This document shows positions 51,513 to 64,000 of a stretch of DNA of 64,000 bases, in pieces. The stretch covers positions 243,598,001-243,662,000 of the forward strand of contig OZ024740.1 of NCBI GenBank assembly GCA_964016885.1, in the 5' to 3' direction. Source of the DNA: Eledone cirrhosa. Lineage: Eukaryota. The translations under genes were made by a program, and so were the position numbers. The notes under the pieces are model-generated. The model saw only the letters and a list, made by a program, of their open reading frames with translations. It had not been told where the DNA came from and searched no databases. Position 1 is the stretch's first letter; the number at the start of each line of letters is the position of its first letter.

Positions 51513-52832
51513 TCATTTGATATTTTTCATCTTTTTCTTGTTTAACATTATCAGTTTTAATAGTTCTGGTATGCGATCCAGCAACTGTCGCTTCATAGCT
51601 TAGTAGATTGAAACACCAATGCAGTAATATGGAGTTCGAATCTCCTCCCCCAGCCTTCTTTCGCTATTTTTTACTGATCTTTGTAGTTTAGATTTTTTAT
51701 GTTTTTTGTTATTTTAGACTGTTAGGTTTAATATTTCAGGCCCCATAGCTCAGTTGGTTAGAGCGCCAGTCTAGTAAACTGGAGGTCGAGAGTTCTAATC
51801 CCCCTGGCGCCTGCTTTTGCTATTTTTCTTTTTAGTATTTCAGGTTGTCAGTTTTAATATTTCAGGTTTATAACATGCAAACAATGGCTCCATAGCTCGG
51901 TTGGTTAGAGCGCCTGTCTAGTAAACTAGAGGTCGAGGGTTCAATTACCGCTCAAGCCGCCTCTTGCTATTTTTTATGCTATTACTTTTTAATTTTATTA
52001 TTTTTTTTTTTTTTACAGTAATAAATTGATATTTATAACAGTAAAAACAGTTTTACAGGTAAAGAAGAATCAATTAGATTGTGGCGGATAAGAAAATGTA
52101 AAAAAAAGGAAGAGGGAAGAATGGGGCAAGGGCTCACGGAAGAATGGTGAGGGGGAAAGGGGCGGTTGATTGGGTTGGGAGCCTTGCGCCCGACGGTAAT
52201 GTGACAACGCACCCGGGACAACAGTACAAAAGCATTACCATGTGCGTTTTACTATTTCAGGTCAGTAATTCCGCAAATTCATACATTGCGCAGTAGGTTA
52301 GGGTATCAATCTAGAAATATGGGGGAAATGTGTTCGAATCACCCACGAGCCGTCTTTCGCTATTTTTCATAATTTTCGTACTTTACATTATGATTTTCCT
52401 ATTTTTTTAAATTTTACATTGTCAGATTTACGTACCACCAACAATGGCCACCAAACTTCAGATTTACGTACCACCAACAATGGCCAGATACCTCGGTTGG
52501 TTAGAGCGCCAATGAAGGGTTCGAATACCCCTCGAGACTTCTATAAAACACCAGTAATGCACTGGAATAATTGCTGGTGTTGTAGCAAAAGTAGAAACAA
52601 TTAATTTTTATCGTCAGTTTTAATATTTCAGGTAGGCGATCCGGCAACTGTCGCTCCATAGCTCAGTAGGTTAAAACACCAACTAGTAATATGGGGAACA
52701 TGTGTTCAATACACCCACGATCCCTCGTTCGCTATTTTTCGTAATTTCGGTACATTAAATTATGATTTTTTTGTGCTTTTTGTTACTTTAGATTATCAGT
52801 CTTAAGATTTCAGGTGCATAATTTCCAATAAT

Positions 52833-52906
52833 GGCTCCGTAGCTCAGTTTGTTAGAGCGCCAGTCTTGTAAACTGGAGGTCGAGGGTTCGAATCTCTCTG
52901 GAGCCT
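52833..52906 (+). tRNA. tRNA-Thr(TGT), D-loop GG changed to TG (possible pseudogene)
   Basis: Loop CT TGT AA; D loop agtttgtta. Confidence 0.6.
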
Positions 52907-53456
52907 TCTTTTGGCTATTTTTCATCTTTTTCTTTTTTAACATTATCAATTTTAATATTTTTGGTCTGCGATCCAGCAACTGTCGCTTCATACCTTAGTA
53001 GATTGAAACACCAATCCAGTAATATGGAGTTCGAATCTCCCCCAGGTTTCTTTTGCTATTTTTTACTGATCTTTGTAGTTTAGGTTTTTTGTCTTTTTTA
53101 TTGTTTTAGATTGTTAGTTTTATTATTTCAGGTTCCATAGCTCAGTTGGTTAGCGCGCCAGTTTAGTAAACTGGAGGTCGAGTGTTCGAATCCCTCTGGA
53201 GCCTTCTTTTCGCTATTTTTCATCTTTTTCTTGTTTAACATTATCAGTTTTAACAGTTCTGTTCTGCGATCCAGCAACTGTCGCTTCATAGCTTAGTAGA
53301 TGGAAACACCAATCCAGTAGAATGGAGTTCGAATCTACCTCCAGACTTCTTTCTCTATTTTTTACTTGTTCTTTTAGTTGAGATCGTGATGTTTCATATT
53401 TTTTGTTATTTTAGATTATCAATTTTAATATTAATAGTTTATAGTTCACCAACAGT

Positions 53457-53530
53457 GGCTCCATAGCTCAGTTGGTTAGAGCGCCCGTCTACTAAACTGG
53501 AAGTCGAGGATTCGAATTCCCCTGGACACT
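53457..53530 (+). pseudogene. Decayed tRNA-Thr copy with ACT anticodon
   Basis: cccgt CT ACT AA actgg; anticodon, T and acceptor stems mismatched; sister copy at 57091-57164. Confidence 0.7.
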
Positions 53531-54549
53531 GCTTTTGCTATTTTTCTTTTTTAGTATTTCAGAATGTCAGTTTAAATATTTCAGGTTTATATCTTGCCAA
53601 CAATGGCTCCATAGCTCAGTTGGTTAGAGCGCCAGTCTAGTAAACTAGAAGGCGAGGCTTCGAATACCCCTCGATCCGCTTCTTGCTATTTTTCATACTA
53701 TTACTTTTTTATTAGTTTTATTTTTTTATTTTAGCAGTAGTAAATTGAATATATAACAGTAAAAACAGTTTTACAGGTAAAGAAGAATAAGTTAGATTGT
53801 GGCGATTAAGAAAATGTAAAAAAACGGAAAAGGAGAGAAAGAGGCAAGGGCTCACGGAAGAATGGTGAGGGGGGAAAGGGAGGGTGATTGAGCTGGGAAC
53901 CTTGCGCCCGGCGGTAATGTGACTACGCTTCGGGGACAACAGTAGAGAAGCATTACCGTGTACGTTTTACTATTTCAGGTCAGTAATTCTGAAACTTCAT
54001 ACATAGCGCAGTAGGTTAGGGTATCAATCTAGTAATATCGCGCACATGTGTTCGAATCACCCACGAGCCTTCTTTCGCTATTTCTCATAATTTTCGTACT
54101 TTACAATGTGATTTTCTTATTTTCTTAAATTTTACATTTCAGATTTACGTACCACCAACAATGGCCACCAGATTTCAGATTTACGTACCACCAACAATGG
54201 CCCGATATCTCGGTTGGTTAGAGCGCCAATGAAGGGTTCGAATACCCCTCGAGACTTCTATAAAACACCAGTAATGCACTGGAATAATTGATGGTGTTGT
54301 AGCAAAAGTAGAAACAATTAATTTACATTGTCAGTTTTAATAATTCCGGTCGGCGATCCGGCAACTCTCGCTCCATAGCTCAGTAGGTTAAAACACCAAC
54401 TAGTAATATGGCGCACATGTGTTCAATACACCCACGATCCTTCGTTCGCTATTTTTCGTAATTTTGGTACATTAAATTGAGATTTTTTGTGCTTTTTGTT
54501 ATTTTAGATTATCAATTTTAATATTTCAGGTTTATAGTTAACCAACAAT

Positions 54550-54623
54550 GGCTCCATAGCTCAGTTGGTTAGAGCGCCAGTCTAGTAAACTGGAGGTCGA
54601 GGGTTCGAATCTCTCTGGAGCCA
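54550..54623 (+). tRNA. tRNA-Thr(AGT), discriminator A
   Basis: Full cloverleaf ending GGAGCC-A. Confidence 0.82.
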
Positions 54624-54831
54624 TCTATTTTTCTTGTTTAATATTATCAGTTTTAAAAGTTCTGGTTTGCGATCCAGCAACTGTCGCTTCATAACTTAGT
54701 AGATTGAAACACTAATACAGTAATATGGAGTTCGAATCTTGCCCAGCCTTCTTTCGCTATTTTTCACTGATCTTTGTAGTTTAGATTTTTTGTGTTTTTT
54801 GTTATTTTAGATTGTTAGGTTTAATATTTCA

Positions 54832-54905
54832 GGCCCCATAGCTCAGTTGGTTAGAGCGCCAGTCTAATAAACTGGAGGTCGAAGCTTCAAATACCCATTG
54901 AGCCG
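54832..54905 (+). pseudogene. Decayed tRNA-Thr copy with AAT anticodon
   Basis: CCAGT CT AAT AA ACTGG intact, T arm broken (gaagcttcaaatacccat); sisters at 62343 and 63570. Confidence 0.7.
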
Positions 54906-55393
54906 GCTCTTGCTATTTTTCATACTATTACTTTTTTATTATTTTTAAGTTTTTATTTTAGCAGTAGTAAATTGAATTTATAACAGTAAAAACAGTTTTA
55001 CAGGTAAAGAAGAATATATTAGATTGTGGCGAATAAATGTTCGTACTTTACATTGTAATTTTCCTATATTTTTAAATTTTACATTATCAGATTTACGTAC
55101 CACCAACAATGGCCACCAGATTTCAGATTTACGAATCTCTCTGGAGCCTGCTTTTGCTATTTTTCATCTTTTTCTCGTTTAACATTATCAGTTTTATATT
55201 TCTGGTCTGCAATCCAGCAACTGTCGCTTCATAGCTTAGTAGATTGAAACACCAATGTAGTAGAATGGAGTTCGAATCTCCCTCCAGACTTCTTTCGCTA
55301 TATTTTACTTGTTTTTGTAGTTTAGATACTGATGTTTCATATTTTTGTTATTTTAGATTATCAATTTATTATAGGTTATAGCTTACTAACAGT

Positions 55394-55467
55394 GGCTCCA
55401 TAGCTCAGTTGGTTAGAGCGCCAGTCTAGTAAACTGGAGGTCGAGAGTTCGAATCCCTCTGGAGCCT
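55394..55467 (+). tRNA. tRNA-Thr(AGT)
   Basis: Cloverleaf with one T-stem mismatch (GAGAG/CCCTC). Confidence 0.75.
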
Positions 55468-56466
55468 GCTTTTTGCTATTTTCCTTTTTAGTATTTCAGG
55501 TTGTCAGTTTTAATATTTCAGGTTTATTATAGCTTGCCAACAATGGCTCTATAGCTCGGCTGGTTAGAGCGCCAGTCTAGTAAACTATAGGGCGAGGGTT
55601 CAAATACCCCTAGAGCCGGCTCTTGCTATTTTTCATTCTATTACTCTTTTATTATTTTAATTTTTTAATTTTAGCAGTAGTAAATTGAATTTATAACAGT
55701 AAAAACAGTTTTACAGGTAAAGAAGAATATATTAGATTGTGGCGAATAAGAAAATGAAAAAAAACGGAAAAGCAGAGAAAAAGGCAAGGGCTCACGGAAG
55801 AATGATGAAGGGGGAAAGGGAGGGTGATTGGGCTGGGAGCCTTGTGCCCGACGGTAATGTGACTACGCTCCGGGGACAACAGTACAAAAGCATTACAGTG
55901 TGCGTTTTACTATTTCAGGTCAGTAATTCTGCAACTCCATACATAGCGCAGTAGGTTAGGGTATCAATCTAGAAATATGGGGGAAATGTGTTCGCTATTT
56001 TTCATAATTTTCGTACTTTACATTGTGATTTTCCTTTTTTTTTAAATTTTACATTGTCAGATTTACGTACCACCAACAATGGCCACCAGATTTCAGATTT
56101 ACGTACCACCAACAATGGCCAGATACCTTGGTTGGTTAGAGCGCCAATGAAGGGTTCGAATACCCCTCGAGACTTCTATAAAACACCAGTAATGCACTGG
56201 AATAATTGATGGTGTTGTAGCAAAAGTAGAAACAATTAATTTACTTTGTCAGTTTTAATAATTCAGGTAGGCGATCCGGCAACTGTCGCCCCATAGCTCA
56301 GTAGATTAAAACACCAACTAGTAATATGGCGCACATGTGTTCAATACACCCACGATCCCTCGTTCGCTATTTTTCGTAATTTTGGTACATTAATTGAGAT
56401 TTTTTTGTGCTTTTTGTTACTTTAGATTATCAGTTTTAAGATTTCAGGTGCATAATTTCCAATAAT

Positions 56467-56540
56467 GGCTCCGTAGCTCAGTTGGTTAGAGCGCCAGTCT
56501 TGTAAACTGGAGGTCGAGGGTTCGAATCTCTCTGGAGCCT
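56467..56540 (+). tRNA. tRNA-Thr(TGT)
   Basis: Intact cloverleaf, G7-U66 wobble, loop CT TGT AA, T4 terminator. Confidence 0.85.
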
Positions 56541-58183
56541 TCTTTTGGCTATTTTTCATCTTTTTCCTTTTTAACATTATCAATTTTAATATTTTTGGTC
56601 TGCGATCAAGCAACTGTCGCTTCATACCTTAGTAGATTGAAACACCAATCCAGTAATATGGAGTTCGAATCTCCCCCAGGTTTCTTTTGCTATTTTTTAC
56701 TGATCTTTGTAGTTTAGGTTTTTTGTCTTTTTTATTGTTTTAGATTGTTAGTTTTATTATTTCAGGCTCCATAGCTCAGTTGGTTAGCGCGCCAGTTTAG
56801 TAAACTGGAGGTCGAGTGTTCGAATCCCCCTGGAGCCTTCTTTTCGCTATTTTTCATCTTTTTCTTGTTTAACATTATCAGTTTTAACAGTTCTGTTCTG
56901 CGATCCAGCAACTGTCGCTTCATAGCTTAGTAGATGGAAACACCAATCCAGTAGAATGGAGTTCGAATCTACCTCCAGACTTCTTTCTCTATTTTTTACT
57001 TGTTCTTTTAGTTGAGATCGTGATGTTTCATATTTTTTGTTATTTTAGATTATCAATTTTAATATTTATAGTTTATAGTTCACCAACAGTGGCTCCATAG
57101 CTCAGTTGGTTAGAGCGCCCGTCTACTAAACTGGAAGTCGAGGATTCGAATTCCCCTGAACACTGCTTTTGCTATTTTTCTTTTTTAGTATTTCAGGATG
57201 TCAGTTTAAATATTTCAGGTTTATATCTTGCCAACAATGGCTCCATAGCTCAGTTGGTTAGAGCGCCAGTCTAGTAAACTAGAAGGCGAGGCTTCGAATA
57301 CCCCTCGATCCGCTTCTTGCTATTTTTCATACTATTACTTTTTTATTAGTTTTATTTTTTTATTTTAGCAGTAGTAAATTGAATATATAACAGTAAAAAC
57401 AGTTTTACAGGTAAAGAAGAATAAGTTAGATTGTGGCGATTAAGAAAATGTAAAAAAACGGAAAAGGAGAGAAAGAGGCAAGGGCTCACGGAAGAATGGT
57501 GAGGGGGGAAAGGGAGGGTGATTGAGCTGGGAACCTTGCGCCCGGCGGTAATGTGACTACGCTTCGGGGACAACAGTAGAGAAGCATTACCGTGTACGTT
57601 TTACTATTTCAGGTCAGTAATTCTGAAACTTCATACATAGCGCAGTAGGTTAGGGTATCAATCTAGTAATATGGCGGACATGTGTTCGAATCACCCACGA
57701 GCCTTCTTTCGCTATTTTTCATAATTTTCGTACTTTACATTGTGATTTTACTATTTTTTAAAATTTTACATTGTCAAATTTACGTACCAGCAACAATGGC
57801 CACTAGATTTCAGATTTACGTACCACCAACATTTGCCAGATACCGCGGTTGGTTAGAGCGCCAATGAAGGGTTCGAATACCCCTCGAGACTTCTATAAAA
57901 CACCAGTAATGCACTGGAATAATTGATGGTGTTGTAGCAAAAGTAGAAACAATTAATTTACATTGTCAGTTTTAATAATTCCGGTCGGCGATCCGGCAAC
58001 TGTCGCTCCATAGCTCAGTAGGTTAAAACACCAACTAGTAATATGGCGAACATGTGTTCAATACACCCACGATCCTTCGTTCGCTATTTTTCGTAATTTT
58101 GGTACATTAATTGAGATTTTTTGTGCTTTTTGTTATTTTAGATTATCAATTTTAATATTTCAGGTTTATAGTATACCAACAAT

Positions 58184-58257
58184 GGCTCCATAGCTCAGTT
58201 GGTTAGAGCGCCAGTCTAGTAAACTGGAGGTCGAGGGTTCGAATCTCTCTGGAGCCT
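58184..58257 (+). tRNA. tRNA-Thr(AGT)
   Basis: Full cloverleaf followed by T5. Confidence 0.88.
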
Positions 58258-59070
58258 TCTATTTTTCTTGTTTAATATTATCAGTTTTAATATTTCTGGT
58301 CTGCGATCCAGCAACTGTCGCTTCATAGCTTAAGTAGATTGAAACACTAATACAGTAATATGGAGTTCGAATCTTGCCCAGCCCTCTTTCGCTATTTTTT
58401 ACTGATCTTTGTAGTTTAGATTTTTTGTGTTTTTTGTTATTTTAGATTGTTAGGTTTAATATTTCAAGCCCCATAGCTCAGTTGGTTAGAGCGCTAGTCT
58501 AAGTCTAGTAAACTGGAGGTCGAAGCTTCAAATACCCATTGAGCCGGCTCTTGCTATTTTTCATACTATTACTTTTTTATTATTTTTAAGTTTTTATTTT
58601 AGCAGTAGTAAATTGAATTTATAACAGTAAAAACAGTTTTACAGGTAAAGAAGAATATATTAGATTGTGGCGAATAAATGTTCGTACTTTACATTGTAAT
58701 TTTCCTATTTTTTTAAATTTTACATTATCAGATTTACGTACCACCAACAATGGCCACCAGATTTCAGATTTACGTACCACCAACAATGGCCACCAGATTT
58801 AAGATTTACGAATCTCTCTGGAGCCTGCTTTTGCTATTTTTCATCTTTTTCTCGTTTAACATTATCAGTTTTATATTTCTGGTCTGCAATCCAGCAACTG
58901 TCGCTTCATAGCTTAGTAGATTGAAACACCAATCTAGTAGAATGGAGTTCGAATCTCCCTCCAGACTTCTTTCGCTATATTTTACTTGTTTTTGTAGTTT
59001 AGATACTGATGTTTCATATTTTTGTTATTTTAGATTATCAATTTATTATAGGTTATAGCTTACTAACAGT

Positions 59071-59144
59071 GGCTCCATAGCTCAGTTGGTTAGAGCGCCA
59101 GTCTAGTAAACTGGAGGTCGAGAGTTCGAATCCCTCTGGAGCCT
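59071..59144 (+). tRNA. tRNA-Thr(AGT)
   Basis: Same as the 55394 copy. Confidence 0.75.
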
Positions 59145-60143
59145 GCTTTTTGCTATTTTCCTTTTTAGTATTTCAGGTTGTCAGTTTTAATATTTCAGGT
59201 TTATTATAGCTTGCCAACAATGGCTCTATAGCTCGGCTGGTTAGAGCGCCAGTCTAGTAAACTAGAGGGCGAGGGTTCAAATACCCCTAGAGCCGGCTCT
59301 TGCTATTTTTCATACTATTACTCTTTTATTATTTTAATTTTTTAATTTTAGCAGTAGTAAATTGAATTTATAACAGTAAAAACAGTTTTACAGGTAAAGA
59401 AGAATATATTAGATTGTGGCGAATAAGAAAATGAAAAAAAAAGGAAAAGCAGAGAAAAAGGCAAGGGCTCACGGAGGGTGATTGGGCTGGGAGCCTTGCG
59501 CCCGACGGTAATGTGACTACGCTCCTGGGACAACAGTACAAAAGCATTACCGTGTGCGTTTTACTATTTCATGTCAGTAATTCCGCAACTTCATACATTG
59601 CGCAGTAGGTTAGGGTATCAATCTAGAAATATGGGGTAAGTGTGTTCGAATCACCCACGAGCCTTCTTTCGCTATTTTTCATAATTTTCGTACTTTACAT
59701 TGTGATTTTACTATTTTTTAAAATTTTACATTGTCAAATTTACGTACCAGCAACAATGGCCACTAGATTTCAGATTTACGTACCACCAACATTTGCCAGA
59801 TACTTCGGTTGGCTAGAGCGCCAATGAAGGGTTCGAATACCCCTCGAGACTTCTATAAAACACCAGTAATGCACTGGAATAATTGATGGTGTTGTAACAA
59901 AAGTAGAAACAATTAATTTACATTGTCAGTTTTAATATTTCAGGTAGGCGATCCGGCAACTGTCGCTCGATAGCTCAGTAGGTTAAAACACCAACTAGTA
60001 ATATGGCGAACATGTGTTCAATACACCCACGATCCTTCGTTCGCTATTTTTCGTAATTTTGGTACATTAATTGAGATTTTTTGTGGTTTTTGTTATTTTA
60101 GATTATCAGTTTTAATATTTCAGGTTTATAGTATACCAACAAT

Positions 60144-60217
60144 GGCTCCATAGCTCAGTTGGTTAGAGCGCCAGTCTAGTAAACTGGAGGTCGAGGGTTC
60201 GAATCTCTCTGGAGCCT
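60144..60217 (+). tRNA. tRNA-Thr(AGT)
   Basis: Full cloverleaf, identical to 58184. Confidence 0.88.
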
Positions 60218-60987
60218 TCTATTTTTCTTGTTTAATATTATCAGTTTTAATATTTCTGGTCTGCGATCCAGCAACTGTCGCTTCATAGCTTAGTAGATTG
60301 AAACACTAATACAGTAATATGGAGTTCGAATCTTGCCCAGCCCTCTTTCGCTATTTTTTACTGATCTTTGTAGTTTAGATTTTTTGTGTTTTTTGTTATT
60401 TTAGATTGTTAGGTTTAATATTTCAAGCCCCATAGCTCAGTTGGTTAGAGCGCCAGTCTAGTAAACTGGAGGTCGAAGCTTCAAATACCCATTGAGCCGG
60501 CTCTTGCTATTTTTCATACTATTACTTTTTTATTATTTTTAAGTTTTTATTTTAGCAGTAGTAAATTGAATTTATAACAGTAAAAACAGTTTTACAGGTA
60601 AAGAAGAATATATTAGATTGTGGCGAATAAATGTTCGTACTTTACATTGTAATTTTCCTATTTTTTTAAATTTTACATTATCAGATTTACGTACCACCAA
60701 CAATGGCCACCAGATTTAAGATTTACGAATCTCTCTGGAGCCTGCTTTTGCTATTTTTCATCTTTTTCTCGTTTAACATTATCAGTTTTATATTTCTGGT
60801 CTGCAATCCAGCAACTGTCGCTTCATAGCTTAGTAGATTGAAACACCAATCTAGTAGAATGGAGTTCGAATCTCCCTCCAGACTTCTTTCGCTATATTTT
60901 ACTTGTTTTTGTAGTTTAGATACTGATGTTTCATATTTTTGTTATTTTAGATTATCAATTTATTATAGGTTATAGCTTACTAACAGT

Positions 60988-61061
60988 GGTTCCATAGCTC
61001 AGTTGGTTAGAGCGCCAGTCTAGTAAACTGGAGGTCGAGAGTTCGAATCCCTCTGGAGCCT
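60988..61061 (+). tRNA. tRNA-Thr(AGT) variant (U3-G70 wobble, T-stem mismatch)
   Basis: GGTTCCA/TGGAGCC acceptor; GAGAG/CCCTC T stem. Confidence 0.6.
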
Positions 61062-62060
61062 GCTTTTTGCTATTTTCCTTTTTAGTATTTCAGGTTGTCA
61101 GTTTTAATATTTCAGGTTTATTATAGCTTGCCAACAATGGCTCTATAGCTCGGCTGGTTAGAGCGCCAGTCTAGTAAACTAGAGGGCGAGGGTTCAAATA
61201 CCCCTAGAGCCGGCTCTTGCTATTTTTCATTCTATTACTCTTTTATTATTTTAATTTTTTAATTTTAGCAGTAGTAAATTGAATTTATAACAGTAAAAAC
61301 AGTTTTACAGGTAAAGAAGAATATATTAGATTGTGGCGAAAAAGAAAATGAAAAAAAACGGAAAAGTAGAGAAAAAGGCAAGGGCTCACGGAAGAATGAT
61401 GAAGGGGGAAAGGGAGGGTGATTGGGCTGGGAGCCTTGTGCCCGACGGTAATGTGACTACGCTCCGGGGACAACAGTACAAAAGCATTACAGTGTGCGTT
61501 TTACTATTTCAGGTCAGTAATTCTGCAACTCCATACATAGCGCAGTAGGTTAGGGTATCAATCTAGAAATATGGGGGAAATGTGTTCGCTATTTTTCATA
61601 ATTTTCGTACTTTACATTGTGATTTTCCTTTTTTTTTTAATTTTACATTGTCAGATTTACGTACCACCAACAATGGCCACCAGATTTCAGATTTACGTAC
61701 CACCAACAATTGCCAGATACCTCGGTTGGTTAGAGCGCCAATGAAGGGTTCGAATACTCCTCGAGACTTCTATAAAACACCAGTAATGCACTGGAATAAT
61801 TGATGGTGTTGTAGCAAAAGTAGAAACAATTAATTTACATTGTCAGTTTTAATAATGCAGGTAGGCGATCCGGCAACTGTCGCTCCATAGCTCAGTAGGT
61901 TAAAACACCAACTAGGAATATGGCGAACATGTGTTCAATACACCCACGATCCTCCGTTCGATATTTTTCGTAATTTTGGTACATTAATTGAGATTTTTTG
62001 TGCTTTTTGTTATTTTAGATTATCAATTTTAATATTTCAGGTTTATAGTTAACCAACAAT

Positions 62061-62134
62061 GGCTCCATAGCTCAGTTGGTTAGAGCGCCAGTCTAGTAAA
62101 CTGGAGGTCGAGGGTTCGAATCTCTCTGGAGCCA
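62061..62134 (+). tRNA. tRNA-Thr(AGT), discriminator A
   Basis: Identical to 54550. Confidence 0.82.
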
Positions 62135-63287
62135 TCTATTTTTCTTGTTTAATATTATCAGTTTTAAAAGTTCTGGTTTGCGATCCAGCAACTGTCGCTT
62201 CATAACTTAGTAGATTGAAACACTAATACAGTAATATGGAGTTCGAATCTAGCCCAGCCTTCTTTCGCTATTTTTCACTGATCTTTGTAGTTTAGATTTT
62301 TTGTGTTTTTTGTTATTTTAGATTGTTAGGTTTAATATTTCAGGCCCCATAGCTCAGTTGGTTAGAGCGCCAGTCTAATAAACTGGAGGTCGAAGCTTCA
62401 AATACCCATTGAGCCGGCTCTTGCTATTTTTCATACTATTACTTTTTTATTAGTTTTATTTTTTTATTTTAGCAGTAGTAAATTGAATATATAACAGTAA
62501 AAACAGTTTTACAGGTAAAGAAGAATAAGTTAGATTGTGGCGATTAAGAAAGTGTAAAAAAACGGAAAAGGAGAGAAAGAGGCAAGGGCTCACGGAAGAA
62601 TGGTGAGGGGGGAAAGGGAGGGTGATTGAGCTGGGAACCTTGCGCCCGGCGGTAATGTGACTACGCTTCGGGGACAACAGTAGAGAAGCATTACCGTGTA
62701 CGTTTTACTATTTCAGGTCAATAATTCTGAAACTTCATACATAGCGCAGTAGGTTAGGGTATCAATCTAGTAATATCGCGCACATGTGTTCGAATCACCC
62801 ACGAGCCTTCTTTCGCTATTTCTCATAATTTTCGTACTTTACAATGTGATTTTCTTATTTTCTTAAATTTTACATTTCAGATTTACGTACCACCAACAAT
62901 GGCCACCAGATTTCAGATTTACGTACCACCAACAATGGCCCGATATCTCGGTTGGTTAGAGCGCCAATGAAGGGTTCGAATACCCCTCGAGACTTCTATA
63001 AAACACCAGTAATGCACTGGAATAATTGATGGTGTTGTAGCAAAAGTAGAAACAATTAATTTACATTGTCAGTTTTAATAATTCCGGTCGGCGATCCGGC
63101 AACTCTCGCTCCATAGCTCAGTAGGTTAAAACACCAACTAGTAATATGGCGCACATGTGTTCAATACACCCACGATCCTTCGTTCGCTATTTTTCGTAAT
63201 TTTGGTACATTAAATTGAGATTTTTTGTGCTTTTTGTTATTTTAGATTATCAATTTTAATATTTCAGGTTTATAGTTAACCAACAAT

Positions 63288-63361
63288 GGCTCCATAGCTC
63301 AGTTGGTTAGAGCGCCAGTCTAGTAAACTGGAGGTCGAGGGTTCGAATCTCTCTGGAGCCA
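63288..63361 (+). tRNA. tRNA-Thr(AGT), discriminator A
   Basis: Identical to 54550. Confidence 0.82.
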
Positions 63362-64000
63362 TCTATTTTTCTTGTTTAATATTATCAGTTTTAAAAGTTC
63401 TGGTTTGCGATCCAGCAACTGTCGCTTCATAACTTAGTAGATTGAAACACTAATACAGTAATATGGAGTTCGAATCTTGCCCAGCCTTCTTTCGCTATTT
63501 TTCACTGATCTTTGTAGTTTAGATTTTTTGTGTTTTTTGTTATTTTAGATTGTTAGGTTTAATATTTCAGGCCCCATAGCTCAGTTGGTTAGAGCGCCAG
63601 TCTAATAAACTGGAGGTCGAAGCTTCAAATACCCATTGAGCCGGCTCTTGCTATTTTTCATACTATTACTTTTTTATTATTTTTAAGTTTTTATTTTAGC
63701 AGTAGTAAATTGAATTTATAACAGTAAAAACAGTTTTACAGGTAAAGAAGAATATATTAGATTGTGGCGAATAAATGTTCGTACTTTACATTGTAATTTT
63801 CCTATTTTTTTAAATTTTACATTATCAGATTTACGTACCACCAACAATGGCCACCAGATTTCAGATTTACGTACCACCAACAATGGCCACCAGATTTCAG
63901 ATTTACGAATCTCTCTGGAGCCTGCTTTTGCTATTTTTCATCTTTTTCTCGTTTAACATTATCAGTTTTATATTTCTGGTCTGCAATCCAGCAACTGTCG

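Larger units (their letters stand above)
50071..64000 (+). repeat. tRNA-Thr-derived tandem array with higher-order units
   Basis: Lead tRNAs at 50071, 51439, 52833, 54550, 56467, 58184, 60144, 62061 and 63288 (spacings 1368, 1394, 1717, 1917, 1717, 1960, 1917, 1227); continues past the window end. Confidence 0.95.

Noticed and set aside
50675-63956. Recurring 60-73 aa ORFs (MSPERSHIT..., MKRQLLD...)
   Set aside because: By-products of the tandem array, with variable starts and frames and partly antisense to tRNAs.
50071-64000. CRISPR-like repeat/spacer array
   Set aside because: The repeats are tRNA genes, the intervening sequences are themselves repeated, there are no cas genes, and the context is eukaryotic.

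Overview
AT-rich, repeat-dense eukaryotic DNA. The SINE families, RTE/Penelope load and (TA)n density suggest an octopod cephalopod (inference). Positions 1.7-17.4 kb hold one intact-looking 4-exon SLC16/monocarboxylate-transporter-family MFS gene (+ strand, about 453 aa, three phase-1 GT-AG introns) that lacks several canonical MCT residues. Positions 0-49 kb are otherwise a mosaic of decayed RTE, CR1-like, Penelope-like and CRE-like retroelements, two SINE families, piggyBac/hAT/mariner-type MITEs, micro- and minisatellites, a 5' U2 snRNA fragment, and several copy-specific fold-back palindromes, most in (TA)n tracts and some with hammerhead-like motifs. From 50,071 to the window end (at least 14 kb, running off the edge) lies a co-oriented tandem array of ~150-170 bp tRNA-Thr-derived monomers in 1.2-2.0 kb higher-order units. 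It contains about a dozen intact or near-intact tRNA-Thr genes (AGT, plus a TGT anticodon-shifted variant), decayed copies with ACT/AAT anticodons, fixed tRNA relics, and an anticodon-less tRNA fused to a SINE 3' tail. All calls are by eye, with no database searches.
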